64,000 nucleotides of DNA from Bacillales bacterium (GCA_029257405.1 JARIBO010000041.1:11688-75687), one strand, 5' to 3'; positions 33,292 to 43,092 are shown, numbered from the stretch's first letter. Made by a program: numbers and translations. The notes: generated from the sequence alone by a model not told the origin.

Positions 33292-34644
33292 ATGAAAAAA
33301 GAAAATGTAATTATCATTGGAGCGGCTGGAAGAGATTTTCATAACTTTAATACATATTTCAGAGATAATGAAATGTATAATGTTGTAGCATTTACTGCAG
33401 CACAAATACCGGATATAGACGGACGTAAATATCCATATGAATTAGCAGGAAAACTCTATCCAGAAGGTATTCCAATTTATCCACAAGAAGAACTAGTTGA
33501 TTTGATTAAACATTACGATGTTGATGAATGTGTTTTCGCATATAGTGACCTCCCTTATGATAAAGTAATGGGCATTAGCGCAATTGTAAATTCTGCAGGA
33601 GCTAACTTTAAATTATTAGGTACAAAAAGTACAATGATTAAAAGTAATAAACCAGTAATTTCAGTGTGTGCCACTCGGACAGGAACTGGAAAAAGTCAGA
33701 CATCTAGAGTTGTTGTTGAAGAGATGCTTAAAAAAGGTATAAAAGTAATTGCAATTCGTCACCCTATGCCTTATGGTGATTTAGTTAAACAACGTGTTCA
33801 AAGATTTGCAACAGTTGAAGATTTAAAGAAACATGATTGTACAATTGAAGAAATGGAAGAATATGAACCACACGTAGACCGTGGAAACATTATTTACGCA
33901 GGTGTTGACTACGCAGATATTTTAGAAGCAGCAGAAAATGATCCTGATGGTTGTGACGTTATTCTTTGGGATGGTGGTAATAATGACTTTTCATTTTATG
34001 AACCAGACCTTGCCATTACAGTTCTAGACCCACATCGTCCTGGGCACGAACTAAGCTATTATCCAGGAGAAGTATGTTTAAGAACTGCTGATGTATCTAT
34101 TATAAATAAAATTGATAGTGCACCGCAAAAAGCAATTGATATTGTTGAAAATAATATCAAAATAGCAAGCCCTGATTCATTAATTATTAAAGCAGAATCA
34201 GAAATACTTGTCGATAAGCCAGAATTAATTAAAGGTAAAAAAGTATTAGTTGTTGAAGATGGTCCAACACTTACACATGGTGAAATGCAAATAGGTGCTG
34301 GTACTGTTGCAGCTGAACGTTTAGGTGCAACAGAACTTGTTGATCCGCGTCCATATGCAGTAGGTTCTTTAAAGACAACATTTGAAACTTATCCGCATAT
34401 TGAAAATGTTCTACCAGCTATGGGCTATGGTAAGGAACAATTAAAAGATTTAGAAGCAACAATTAATCAAACCGATTGTGATGTCGTAATTATTGGTACA
34501 CCAATGGATTTAACAAGAATTATTAACATTAATAAGCCTACAACACGTGTTCAATATGAACTAAATGAAGTGACAGAACCTAACTTAGAAAAAGTATTAA
34601 ATGATTTTATTAAAACGCACAATTTAATTGAAAAAATAAAATAG
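33292..34644 (+). CDS. COG2403-type predicted GTPase / cyclic 2,3-diphosphoglycerate synthetase-like protein
   Basis: 450 aa. N-terminal IIIGAAGRDFHNFN, Walker A CATRTGTGKSQTS, DGGNND. Own promoter (TTGCAT-17-TATTAT) and terminator. Family call from memory of cpgS homologues. Confidence 0.6.
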   Translation: MKKENVIIIGAAGRDFHNFNTYFRDNEMYNVVAFTAAQIPDIDGRKYPYELAGKLYPEGIPIYPQEELVDLIKHYDVDECVFAYSDLPYDKVMGISAIVNSAGANFKLLGTKSTMIKSNKPVISVCATRTGTGKSQTSRVVVEEMLKKGIKVIAIRHPMPYGDLVKQRVQRFATVEDLKKHDCTIEEMEEYEPHVDRGNIIYAGVDYADILEAAENDPDGCDVILWDGGNNDFSFYEPDLAITVLDPHRPGHELSYYPGEVCLRTADVSIINKIDSAPQKAIDIVENNIKIASPDSLIIKAESEILVDKPELIKGKKVLVVEDGPTLTHGEMQIGAGTVAAERLGATELVDPRPYAVGSLKTTFETYPHIENVLPAMGYGKEQLKDLEATINQTDCDVVIIGTPMDLTRIININKPTTRVQYELNEVTEPNLEKVLNDFIKTHNLIEKIK

Positions 34645-34801
34645 AACTAATGAATAAACCATGTACAATCAATTAAACATTGATTAAACATGGTTTATTT
34701 TTATTTTAAATATAAGATAAAATAAGTAAAGTTATGTTACTATAGTTAAATACGATTTAATATTAAATTGCTTTTTATATGAATAATCAAGGAGGATTTA
34801 G

Positions 34802-35680
34802 ATGAAATTACTTTTTAGGGATATATCAATGGTAACAATAGGTTCTCTTTGTTACGCACTTGCGTTAACTACGCTCGCTATTCCAAACGACTTAACAGAA
34901 GGTGGCGTACCAGGGGCTGCAATCCTTTTGCACTATGCTTTTAATTGGTCGCCTGGTATTATAACATTTGTTTTAACATCTGTTATTCTCGCGATTGGGT
35001 ATAAGTCACTACCAAAACGAGCTATTGGACTTTCGATATTGACGGTTCCCCTTGTTTCAGTGTTTATTTATTTAACTGAAAATAGAGTAGAATCGCTTGG
35101 TGATCCCCTGATATCTGCTATTTTTGCAGGTTTATTTATCGGAATTGGAGCTGGCCTTATATTTAAAACAGGTAGCTCGATGGGTGGAACAAGTACAATA
35201 GCAATCATGTTACATAAAAAATATGACTTTGATATGGTACGCACAATTTTTGTATTAGACCTTGTCATTGTATTATCAGGTTTATTTATTATTGGTCCAT
35301 TAAATGTAATGTATACAGTCCTTACTTTATACATAGCGAAAAAAGCGATGGATTTAATAATGGACGGGCTTGATCCTCGTAAAGCTGTTAGTATAATTTC
35401 AAATAAATCGGAAATAATTGCTGACGAAATAATTAAAGAGATGGGGATAAGTGTTACTATATTTGAAGGTTATGGTGGTTATTTAAAAGAAGATCGCGAT
35501 ATGACGTATGTTATTATTAATAAATATCAACTGATGCAATTAAAAAAAGTTGTCGCTTCAATTGATGAAAATGCATTTGTTGTGATTCATGACGTGCGTG
35601 ATGTGTTTGGCGGTAGTTTCGCCTGGGCACCACCTGAAAAAAAGAAAGTGAAAAAAGAAAGAAGAGTACAGTCTACTTAG
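34802..35680 (+). CDS. YitT-family membrane protein (DUF2179 C-terminal domain)
   Basis: 5-6 TM followed by a soluble domain ending FVVIHDVRDVFGG. Confidence 0.8.
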   Translation: MKLLFRDISMVTIGSLCYALALTTLAIPNDLTEGGVPGAAILLHYAFNWSPGIITFVLTSVILAIGYKSLPKRAIGLSILTVPLVSVFIYLTENRVESLGDPLISAIFAGLFIGIGAGLIFKTGSSMGGTSTIAIMLHKKYDFDMVRTIFVLDLVIVLSGLFIIGPLNVMYTVLTLYIAKKAMDLIMDGLDPRKAVSIISNKSEIIADEIIKEMGISVTIFEGYGGYLKEDRDMTYVIINKYQLMQLKKVVASIDENAFVVIHDVRDVFGGSFAWAPPEKKKVKKERRVQST

Positions 35681-36203
35681 ACGTGTGCTCTTCTTTTTTT
35701 AAATAATCATTTTGAAAACAACTCATATAAACAACATTATGATAAGTACCATTTACGAAAAATTCATCTTTTAAAATCGCTTCTTGAACAAAACCAGCTT
35801 TTTCATAAATATGAATCGCTTTTTCGTTCTTTTCGTCCACATATAAATAAAATTTATTTAAATTTAATGTACCAAACGCATATTCAAGAGCTAGATGTGT
35901 TGCTTTAAGCGCATATCCCTTACCTTGTTTTTCCGGATCAATAATGATTGCAAATTCTGCTTTACGATGAATATAGTCTACTGAAAATAATTGGACCAAC
36001 CCAACGATGTCACTATCATCTTGTAAAATAAAGCTTTTCCTGCGTGGATTATCTTTATTTTTATCAAAAGCTTCAGCTAAAGTGGCGTTTGAATAGAACG
36101 GTTCTTCAAACCAGAAATGCATGATTTTAGGGTTATTATATAATTTATGTATAAAATCAAGATCATTTTTTTCAAAAACTCTTAAAAATAAATTGTCTGA
36201 CAT
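35673..36203 (-). CDS. speG: Spermidine/diamine N-acetyltransferase (GNAT)
   Basis: Close resemblance along the full length to E. coli SpeG (WFEEPF, HRKAEFAIIIDPEKQGKGYA, NLNKFYLYVDEKNEKAIHIYEKAGF). Confidence 0.8.
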   Translation of the reverse strand: MSDNLFLRVFEKNDLDFIHKLYNNPKIMHFWFEEPFYSNATLAEAFDKNKDNPRRKSFILQDDSDIVGLVQLFSVDYIHRKAEFAIIIDPEKQGKGYALKATHLALEYAFGTLNLNKFYLYVDEKNEKAIHIYEKAGFVQEAILKDEFFVNGTYHNVVYMSCFQNDYLKKEEHTSK

Positions 36204-36354
36204 TTGTAAAACACTCCTTAATTATCGATTGCATAATAAAATTAACTTTATACTTATTTGAAAGGAAAATCAAGCTAAGTACTCGTGTTTATCTGTTTTG
36301 GAAGAGGGAATAAATAAAAATAGATACGATATGTTATTTAGGAGGATAAGACAT

Positions 36355-37290
36355 ATGAAGCATAAACAAGAAAAAAACAATCAGAAAGTGTTACTCATTT
36401 CATTTATAATTATTACAGTTTATATGATTATAGAAGTAGTTGGTGGTTTTTTAACAAATAGTTTAGCTTTATTATCTGATGCAGGTCATATGCTTTCTGA
36501 TTCAATTGCTTTAGGTATAGCGTTACTTGCATTTAAATTAAGTGAAAAAGCAGCAAGTTCAACTAATACTTATGGACTGAAAAGATTTGAAATTATTGCA
36601 GCAAGTATAAATGGTTTAACGTTGCTAGGTGTTTCTATTTATATATTTTACGAAGCAATTAAACGTTTTGGGAATCCCCCAGAAGTAGCAACAACAGGTA
36701 TGCTCATTATTGGAGTAGTTGGTTTAATTGTAAATATTATTGTAGCTATAATAATGTTTAAAGGTGCTGATACAAAAGATAATTTAAATATGCGTGGTGC
36801 ATTTCTACATGTGATGAGCGATATGCTTGGTTCGCTTGGAGCAATTATTGCAGCATTATTAATGATATTCTTTAATTTTGGACTAGCAGATCCTATTGCG
36901 AGTGTACTCGTGGCTATTCTTGTCCTAAGAAGTGGTTACCAAGTTTCAAGAGATTCGTTACACGTTTTAATGGAAGGAAAGCCTAAAGATATTAGCCTAA
37001 CTGAAGTAATAAAAATATTAAAAAAAGAACAAGTTAAAACAGTTCATGATGTGCATCTTTGGACGATTACAAGTCGTTTTAACGTCCTAACAGCTCATTT
37101 AGTTGTGGATGGCGAGCTGACTGTTTATGAAACAGATGATTTATTAAAAGAAATAGAAGCATCACTAGAATATTTAGGTATTCAACACATCACATTACAA
37201 ATTGAATCAAAAAAGCATTATCATACTGACTCAGCGCTATGTGAAATAAAAATTGAAAAGCCAGATTTACATGCAGGACATAACCATTAA
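36355..37290 (+). CDS. czcD: Cation diffusion facilitator Zn/Co/Cd efflux protein
   Basis: CDF motifs HMLSDSIALG and HVMSDMLGS, six TM, His-rich C-terminus. Start at ATG 36355 after AGGAGG. Confidence 0.85.
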   Translation: MKHKQEKNNQKVLLISFIIITVYMIIEVVGGFLTNSLALLSDAGHMLSDSIALGIALLAFKLSEKAASSTNTYGLKRFEIIAASINGLTLLGVSIYIFYEAIKRFGNPPEVATTGMLIIGVVGLIVNIIVAIIMFKGADTKDNLNMRGAFLHVMSDMLGSLGAIIAALLMIFFNFGLADPIASVLVAILVLRSGYQVSRDSLHVLMEGKPKDISLTEVIKILKKEQVKTVHDVHLWTITSRFNVLTAHLVVDGELTVYETDDLLKEIEASLEYLGIQHITLQIESKKHYHTDSALCEIKIEKPDLHAGHNH

Positions 37291-37304
37291 AAAACAGTTA
37301 CTTC

Positions 37305-37802
37305 CTAGGAAATAACTGTTTCTAACATGTTTTGTTCAATAACTCGAACAAATTTTTCAAGATATTTTTTATCAACTTTATCAAAACGGTTTAAATTAGG
37401 ACTATCAATATCTAAGACACCATAAACTTTATTATTAATGATTAAAGGAATCACAATCTCAGATTGACTATTCGCATCGCAGACAATATGTCCTGGAAAT
37501 TGATTAACATCAGGAACGAGCATCGTTTGTTTGTTAGCGTAAGCAGTACCACAGACACCTTTGCCTGAGGGAATTCGAATACAAGCTGGTAACCCTTGGA
37601 AAGGTCCGAGAACAAGCTCTGTATCTTTCCATAAATAAAAACCAACCCAGTTAATATCATCTAAAAACTGATTTAATAAAGCGGAAGCGTTAGCTAAGTT
37701 AGCAGTAACGTCAGGTTCATCTTTAATAAGTGCTTCGAGTTGTTTAATGACTGTATTATATTGTATATCTCTATTATCTGAATAAGTTTTTTGTTCAAAC
37801 AT
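37305..37802 (-). CDS. msrC: Free methionine-(R)-sulfoxide reductase (GAF domain, YebR/YtsP family)
   Basis: Near full-length similarity to E. coli YebR (INWVGFYL, LGPFQG, CIRIPSGKGVCGTA, GHIVCDANSQSEIV). Confidence 0.85.
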   Translation of the reverse strand: MFEQKTYSDNRDIQYNTVIKQLEALIKDEPDVTANLANASALLNQFLDDINWVGFYLWKDTELVLGPFQGLPACIRIPSGKGVCGTAYANKQTMLVPDVNQFPGHIVCDANSQSEIVIPLIINNKVYGVLDIDSPNLNRFDKVDKKYLEKFVRVIEQNMLETVIS

Positions 37803-37948
37803 GAAATTCTCCTATCTAAATAAGTGATGGATTAATTGTAACATATGAATTAAGTTGAACTCATCTATTAAGTATAAATGTGACCTAGTAATTTATTTAA
37901 TAGTCACGTATAATGAATGTTAATTCATTAAGAGTCTAAGATAGGAGA

Positions 37949-38896
37949 ATGATGATGTTAAAAAAGCTAGGTATCGAATCAATTACTTTAGATTTACCGT
38001 TTAGATTAAATCATGTGAATTGTTTTTTAGCAGAAGGTGAACATGGCATGTTGCTTATCGATACAGGACTTAACAATAAAGCAACGCAAAAACGTTGGGA
38101 AAAAGAATTAACTGATATATTATTAACTGACATTATTGTGACACATCATCACCCCGATCATGCAGGAGCTGCAGGATATCTTCAAAATAAATATCAAACA
38201 AACGTGCATATGGGTAAAATAGAAAAAGAACTTGCACTTACTCATATTGGAAAGTCAGCTATTAAGCGATTACCCGAATATTATTATAAATCATCTGTAC
38301 CTGAAGCAAAAGGTAAAGAGATGTTAGAAAATACAGAAGAATTTGAATCTATCGTGACACCTTATCCAGAAGTGACACATTACATAACTGAAAATAAAGA
38401 GTACCAAATAGGGAATGAAATATATAAAACATTTATTGTACCAGGACATTCTGATGGGCTCGTGACTTTTTATAATGAAAAAAATAAAGTATTATTAAGT
38501 ACCGATCACATTTTACCAAGAATTACACCTAATATTTCGTATTGGTATCAAGGTGATCCAAATCCTTTAGGTTCGTATTTTAATTCATTAAATAGAATGA
38601 AAGAGTTAGAAATTGATTACGTTATTCCCTCGCATGGGGAACCTTTTTATGATGGTACAAAGCGCATTAATGAACTGATTGAACATCATGAAGAACGTTG
38701 TAATTATGTATTATCGATATTAACAAATAAAAAATTAAGTGTTTATCAAGTATGTGAAGCACTATTTCCTTTTGAGTTAACTGTCCATGAACTTCGTTTT
38801 GCAATAGGCGAAACAGTTGCTCATTTAGAGTATCTTAGAAGACGTGGGGATTGTAAAAGAGAAATTGTAGCTGGCCAGTGGCAATATTATTTATAA
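37949..38896 (+). CDS. MBL-fold metallo-hydrolase
   Basis: HHHPDH metal motif, downstream PGHSDG and SHG ligands. Confidence 0.75.
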   Translation: MMMLKKLGIESITLDLPFRLNHVNCFLAEGEHGMLLIDTGLNNKATQKRWEKELTDILLTDIIVTHHHPDHAGAAGYLQNKYQTNVHMGKIEKELALTHIGKSAIKRLPEYYYKSSVPEAKGKEMLENTEEFESIVTPYPEVTHYITENKEYQIGNEIYKTFIVPGHSDGLVTFYNEKNKVLLSTDHILPRITPNISYWYQGDPNPLGSYFNSLNRMKELEIDYVIPSHGEPFYDGTKRINELIEHHEERCNYVLSILTNKKLSVYQVCEALFPFELTVHELRFAIGETVAHLEYLRRRGDCKREIVAGQWQYYL

Positions 38897-38908
38897 GGAG
38901 TGAGAGTA

Positions 38909-39700
38909 GTGAAAGTTAAAATCTCAAGAATGGAAGAAGAAGAAGCAAAAATAACATATCAAGAAACAGGTGGTATGGCGATTATTACAATTCATCGTCC
39001 ACAAAAAAGAAATGCACTATCTCAATCAATGTGGAAGAAACTTTATGATTTAGCAGAAAAGGCAGTCTCAAACTCAAAAAATCGCGTGCTTGTTTTAAGA
39101 GGGTCTGGACGTCAATTTACAAGTGGTTCAGATTTATATGAATTTAATGAACTCACTGTTGAAGAGGCAGAAGAAGCATTTGTTATAATGGAACGAACAA
39201 TTGCTTATTTTGAACTCCTCCCAATGCCAACACTCTGTGTAATTAATGGACCAGCAATGGGAGCAGGGCTTGAACTTGCGCTTGCTTGTGATATGCGTGT
39301 CGGTTCAGAAAATACAAAGTTAGGTATTCCTGTAGGTAATTTAGGAATTACATTAAATAATCGATTTGCGCATCGCTTAGTCATGTTACTTGGACCAAGT
39401 AAAACAAAAGAACTCGTTTATATGGGCAAAGTATACGATGGAACACAAGCACATCAACATGGTTTATTAAATGAACTGGTCGACTCAGAAACTTTAGATA
39501 ACCATGCACTTAATATGGCATCACGTATTGCATCACAATCACCAAGATCTTTACTAGCAATTAAAAGAGCTGTAGCAGAAAGCACAGAAAGTACACCAGA
39601 ATTATGGGAAGGAACGAGTAATTTTGTTGATCCAGAAGATTTTCCAGAAGGGGTTAGTGCTTTTGTCGAAAAACGTAAACCAAATTTTAATCCACGTTAA
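38909..39700 (+). CDS. Enoyl-CoA hydratase/isomerase (crotonase) family protein
   Basis: Oxyanion-hole segments GSGRQFTSGSDL and NGPAMGAGLELALACD. GTG 38909 lies 8 nt after AAGGAG; listed start 38900 is also possible. Confidence 0.8.
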   Translation: MKVKISRMEEEEAKITYQETGGMAIITIHRPQKRNALSQSMWKKLYDLAEKAVSNSKNRVLVLRGSGRQFTSGSDLYEFNELTVEEAEEAFVIMERTIAYFELLPMPTLCVINGPAMGAGLELALACDMRVGSENTKLGIPVGNLGITLNNRFAHRLVMLLGPSKTKELVYMGKVYDGTQAHQHGLLNELVDSETLDNHALNMASRIASQSPRSLLAIKRAVAESTESTPELWEGTSNFVDPEDFPEGVSAFVEKRKPNFNPR

Positions 39701-39738
39701 AAAAAGTGATCTGAATCAATTGATTCAGATCACTTTTT
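39701..39738. terminator. Bidirectional rho-independent terminator
   Basis: Perfect palindrome AAAAAGTGATCTGAATCAATTGATTCAGATCACTTTTT. Confidence 0.85.
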
Positions 39739-39741
39739 TAT

Positions 39742-40518
39742 TTATGTTAAACGAAGTTTATTAGATTTAAAGAATTCTAATATATGATATTTAATAATTG
39801 AAATTCTATCTTTAAAGCGTTGAATAAAGTGACTTATATAATCTTCAATTCGATCAATTAAATCATTTGTTCGATTATTTAATAACTGTTTTAAAATGAT
39901 TAGATCAATTTTAAATTGAATGATATGAAAGTCAACAGCATCTGTTAGAGCGTCTACTTGTTCTTTTTTTATTTCTTTCATTCGAGTAAAGAATGGAGGT
40001 TGAACAATAGTCGTTTCACCAATTTTTTCTTTTTTAGGTGAAAAAACATGAATACTTTTACGAATAATTTTTATGAGAATATTTGGTTCTATTTGATGGT
40101 GTGGAATAGGAATAACATGATTACCTGTCGTCTTGCGTGCATTTACAGCAGCAATGATATCAGCTTGTGAAACAAAGCTACTAATATAATGATGTGTACG
40201 GATTCTACCTACGTCAAGTCTTGCAGCAATTAATCTAACCATTTTCATCGATGTACCTATAATTAATAAGCGTTCAGGATTTAATTTTTTTAGTTTATTT
40301 TTTACTTCATTCATATGTTTATCAGATGAAAATATTGCCCGCTTAACAGCAGCAATAGTTGTTTTCTCATATTTAGCAGACTTTCCAGCAACTTTACTAC
40401 CATCTACAATTAATAATCCATCATCAATAATCGCAGGAATGTTATGTTCATGTGCAAACTGAATGGCATTTGAACTCTTTCCAGTGCCACTTTTTCCAAT
40501 TAATGAGTAAACAATCAT
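39742..40518 (-). CDS. Uncharacterised soluble P-loop NTPase with helical Ile/Lys-rich C-terminal tail
   Basis: Walker A GKSGTGKSS at residues 8-16, AIIDDG strand, SD GAGGTGA. No family recognised. Confidence 0.6.
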   Translation of the reverse strand: MIVYSLIGKSGTGKSSNAIQFAHEHNIPAIIDDGLLIVDGSKVAGKSAKYEKTTIAAVKRAIFSSDKHMNEVKNKLKKLNPERLLIIGTSMKMVRLIAARLDVGRIRTHHYISSFVSQADIIAAVNARKTTGNHVIPIPHHQIEPNILIKIIRKSIHVFSPKKEKIGETTIVQPPFFTRMKEIKKEQVDALTDAVDFHIIQFKIDLIILKQLLNNRTNDLIDRIEDYISHFIQRFKDRISIIKYHILEFFKSNKLRLT

Positions 40519-40578
40519 TCAATCACCTCATAGTTATTTTACAACAAACAAATAAATATTACCATAAGAATATTAAAC

Positions 40579-42003
40579 TTAGTAGGTTGTTAAACCAGTT
40601 ACTTTTTGTACCCAGTAAGTTAATTTTAATGCAGGAGTTAAAACATCTTGTTGTGAATCATAGTCTGATGTGAAATGACCATCTTCATTATTCCATAATC
40701 GATTAAAATAATTATCAACATCCTGAATTACTTTTGCATCGTGTGAAGCCGTAATTTTTAAATTGTTTTCTAAATTTAGATCGTCCAAATTACGTGTTGT
40801 ATAATTTGCAGAACCACCAATAATAATAGCGTCAGTTTGTTTTTTTATATACATTAATTTTGTATGGTATTGGTCTTCCCCAGGCTCATACCAACGAATT
40901 TTCAAATCGCTATCATCAAACATCTCTGAAGCGACTGGTAAGTTAGGTAAACCTGTTTTACTATTACCAAAAGCATTTTTATTTGGATCAAGAATGAGAC
41001 GTATTTCTACGCCACGTTCAGTTGCTTTATGTAAAGCGTCGATTACATCTCTATCTGCAATGTAAAACATACCAATCCAGATATTATCGCCATCAGTTGT
41101 CTGATTGATTTCATCTAAAAGACCACTTAATATTTTACCTTCTGTTAGATATTGAATCTCAATATCCCCATTTGTCGGTTGAATTTTGCCTTCGTAATCG
41201 ATGATTGTTTCACCGCCGGAATAATTAATAACCGCTTGTTCAGCTTTAACAATATCTTGGATGATTTCACCAGAAACTTTAAAAGCAATATTAGAAGCAA
41301 AACCACTTTCATTGTGCGGATTCGCTGACGCAATAATTGCATTTTTTTCAGTAGCAATTGCTTTTCTATGATTAGCTTTCACATTAAATAAATTAGCATA
41401 AGAACGAATTGTCATGTTAGGAGCATCTTTAGAAAAATTATTTGGTAACCAGCCAGTACCTTTTTGTCCAAAGGGTTGAAAGAATAACCGCCAAGCAGCT
41501 GAATAATACGTATTTGAATCACGTAGTTCACTTAAACGTGTAATTACCACTTCGATATCATTTTCTTTTAGTTTTTTTAGGTGCTTATCATCATAAGAAT
41601 AATAACCTGTATTAACGGGGTCAGTAATAAAAACTATTTGTAAATTAGGGTTGTTTTTCTTTTGTTTAATTAAAGAGTCAGTCAACTTTCCACTTAAGTC
41701 AGGGAAATTTCTAGTTTGATCAGTGTAATCATTAAATAAAAACATATCCACGACAATAAATTCTTCTGCTTCTTGAATGATATTTGATACATCTTCAAAT
41801 ATCTCTTGCTCAACTTTTTGCTCACCCTTTTTAGAGTACGTTAAATCAGATAAAAAAGTAACGTCGTCTGTTTTGTAAACATCACTCTCGTAAGAAATAC
41901 CTTCTGGCAGTGATTTAGTTTTATTAAAAATAACAATGCTAGCAAGTATAAGTAAAAGGATAAATAAAACCCATATAGACTTCTTTTTATAAAATTTTTT
42001 CAT
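40579..42003 (-). CDS. Membrane-anchored phospholipase D-family protein (two HKD-type motifs)
   Basis: N-terminal TM anchor. HRKAIATEKNAIIASAN and HTKLMYIKKQTDAIIIGGSAN motifs in two lobes. Confidence 0.75.
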   Translation of the reverse strand: MKKFYKKKSIWVLFILLLILASIVIFNKTKSLPEGISYESDVYKTDDVTFLSDLTYSKKGEQKVEQEIFEDVSNIIQEAEEFIVVDMFLFNDYTDQTRNFPDLSGKLTDSLIKQKKNNPNLQIVFITDPVNTGYYSYDDKHLKKLKENDIEVVITRLSELRDSNTYYSAAWRLFFQPFGQKGTGWLPNNFSKDAPNMTIRSYANLFNVKANHRKAIATEKNAIIASANPHNESGFASNIAFKVSGEIIQDIVKAEQAVINYSGGETIIDYEGKIQPTNGDIEIQYLTEGKILSGLLDEINQTTDGDNIWIGMFYIADRDVIDALHKATERGVEIRLILDPNKNAFGNSKTGLPNLPVASEMFDDSDLKIRWYEPGEDQYHTKLMYIKKQTDAIIIGGSANYTTRNLDDLNLENNLKITASHDAKVIQDVDNYFNRLWNNEDGHFTSDYDSQQDVLTPALKLTYWVQKVTGLTTY

Positions 42004-42174
42004 TTTTCTAATCTCCTATTTTAAAATATAGTTATACAGATAATTAAATTAAAGCATAGTGATGTAATTTATATATAAAGTTAACCAAGTTGAAATATAA
42101 TTTTACTAAAAAAGTGTTATAATAGATATGATAAAGTTAAAAATATTGAAAGTTATATAAAGGAGAGGGAATTT

Positions 42175-43092
42175 TTGAAGAAGTTTATGATAAGTATTGC
42201 CATTTTAATGGTAATAAGTACATTTGGCTACCAACCAAAAGTAGGAGCAGATGCTGCCCCAGGTGACCGGATAGTTGTGTTAGGAGAAGATTTAACAAGT
42301 GCACAACAAAATGAACTATTAAAAGAAATGGGTGTCGAAAGTCCTGATGATGTCCAAATCACAACTGTTTCAAACGCAGATGAACATAAATATTTAGGAG
42401 ATTATATACCAGCTGCGCAAATTGGTCAAAATGCGATATCATCAGCAATTATTGTTATTGGTGAAAAAGGTGATGGTTTATCATTACAACTAAAGAATAT
42501 AGACTATATTACTGAACAAATGTATGGAAATGCATTAAGTACAGCAGGTGTAAAAGACGCAAAAATATATATCACTGCTCCATTCCAAGTATCTGGAACA
42601 GGTGCTTTAACAGGTATTATGCAAGCGTACGAAATTACGAGTGGGATAGAAATTGATGAAGATAAAAAAGAAGTCGCCAATGAAGAAATGGTCATTACTT
42701 CTGAGCTATCAGAAAATGAATCGATGGATGAGGAAGAAGCGGCTGATTTTATTACTTTAATTAAGTCAAAAATATCAGAAGAAAAACCCCAAAGTAAAGA
42801 AGAAATTAAGCAATTAATTGAAGAAGTAGCAAACGAAAAAAATTATGATTTATCAAAAGAAGAGATTTCTAAATTAGTGGATTTATTTCAGAAGTTTAAA
42901 GATTTAAACATCGATTGGGATGCTGTAAATCAGAAAATAAATGACGCTAAAGGAAAAGTAACTGATTTTCTAGAAAGTGATGAAGGTAAAGGTTTCATAG
43001 AAAAAATTAAAGATTTCTTTAAATCATTATGGAACTTTATATTTGGTGGAGAAGATTCAGCAGTTACAGAATATTCAACACTTGAAAGCTAA
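42175..43092 (+). CDS. Secreted DUF1002-family protein
   Basis: Signal peptide. GEDLTSAQQNELLKEMGV N-terminal region typical of DUF1002 (from memory). Extended -10 TGTTATAAT upstream. Confidence 0.65.
   Translation: MKKFMISIAILMVISTFGYQPKVGADAAPGDRIVVLGEDLTSAQQNELLKEMGVESPDDVQITTVSNADEHKYLGDYIPAAQIGQNAISSAIIVIGEKGDGLSLQLKNIDYITEQMYGNALSTAGVKDAKIYITAPFQVSGTGALTGIMQAYEITSGIEIDEDKKEVANEEMVITSELSENESMDEEEAADFITLIKSKISEEKPQSKEEIKQLIEEVANEKNYDLSKEEISKLVDLFQKFKDLNIDWDAVNQKINDAKGKVTDFLESDEGKGFIEKIKDFFKSLWNFIFGGEDSAVTEYSTLES

Noticed and set aside
35673-35680. 8-nt 3'-3' overlap of convergent yitT-like and speG genes without an intervening terminator
   Set aside because: Real in the sequence but common in compact genomes. 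There is no evidence of special function beyond possible transcriptional interference.
40452-40673. 73-aa plus-strand ORF spanning the gap between the P-loop and PLD genes
   Set aside because: It is antisense to both flanking CDS ends, with no SD and a low-complexity product. Probably spurious.
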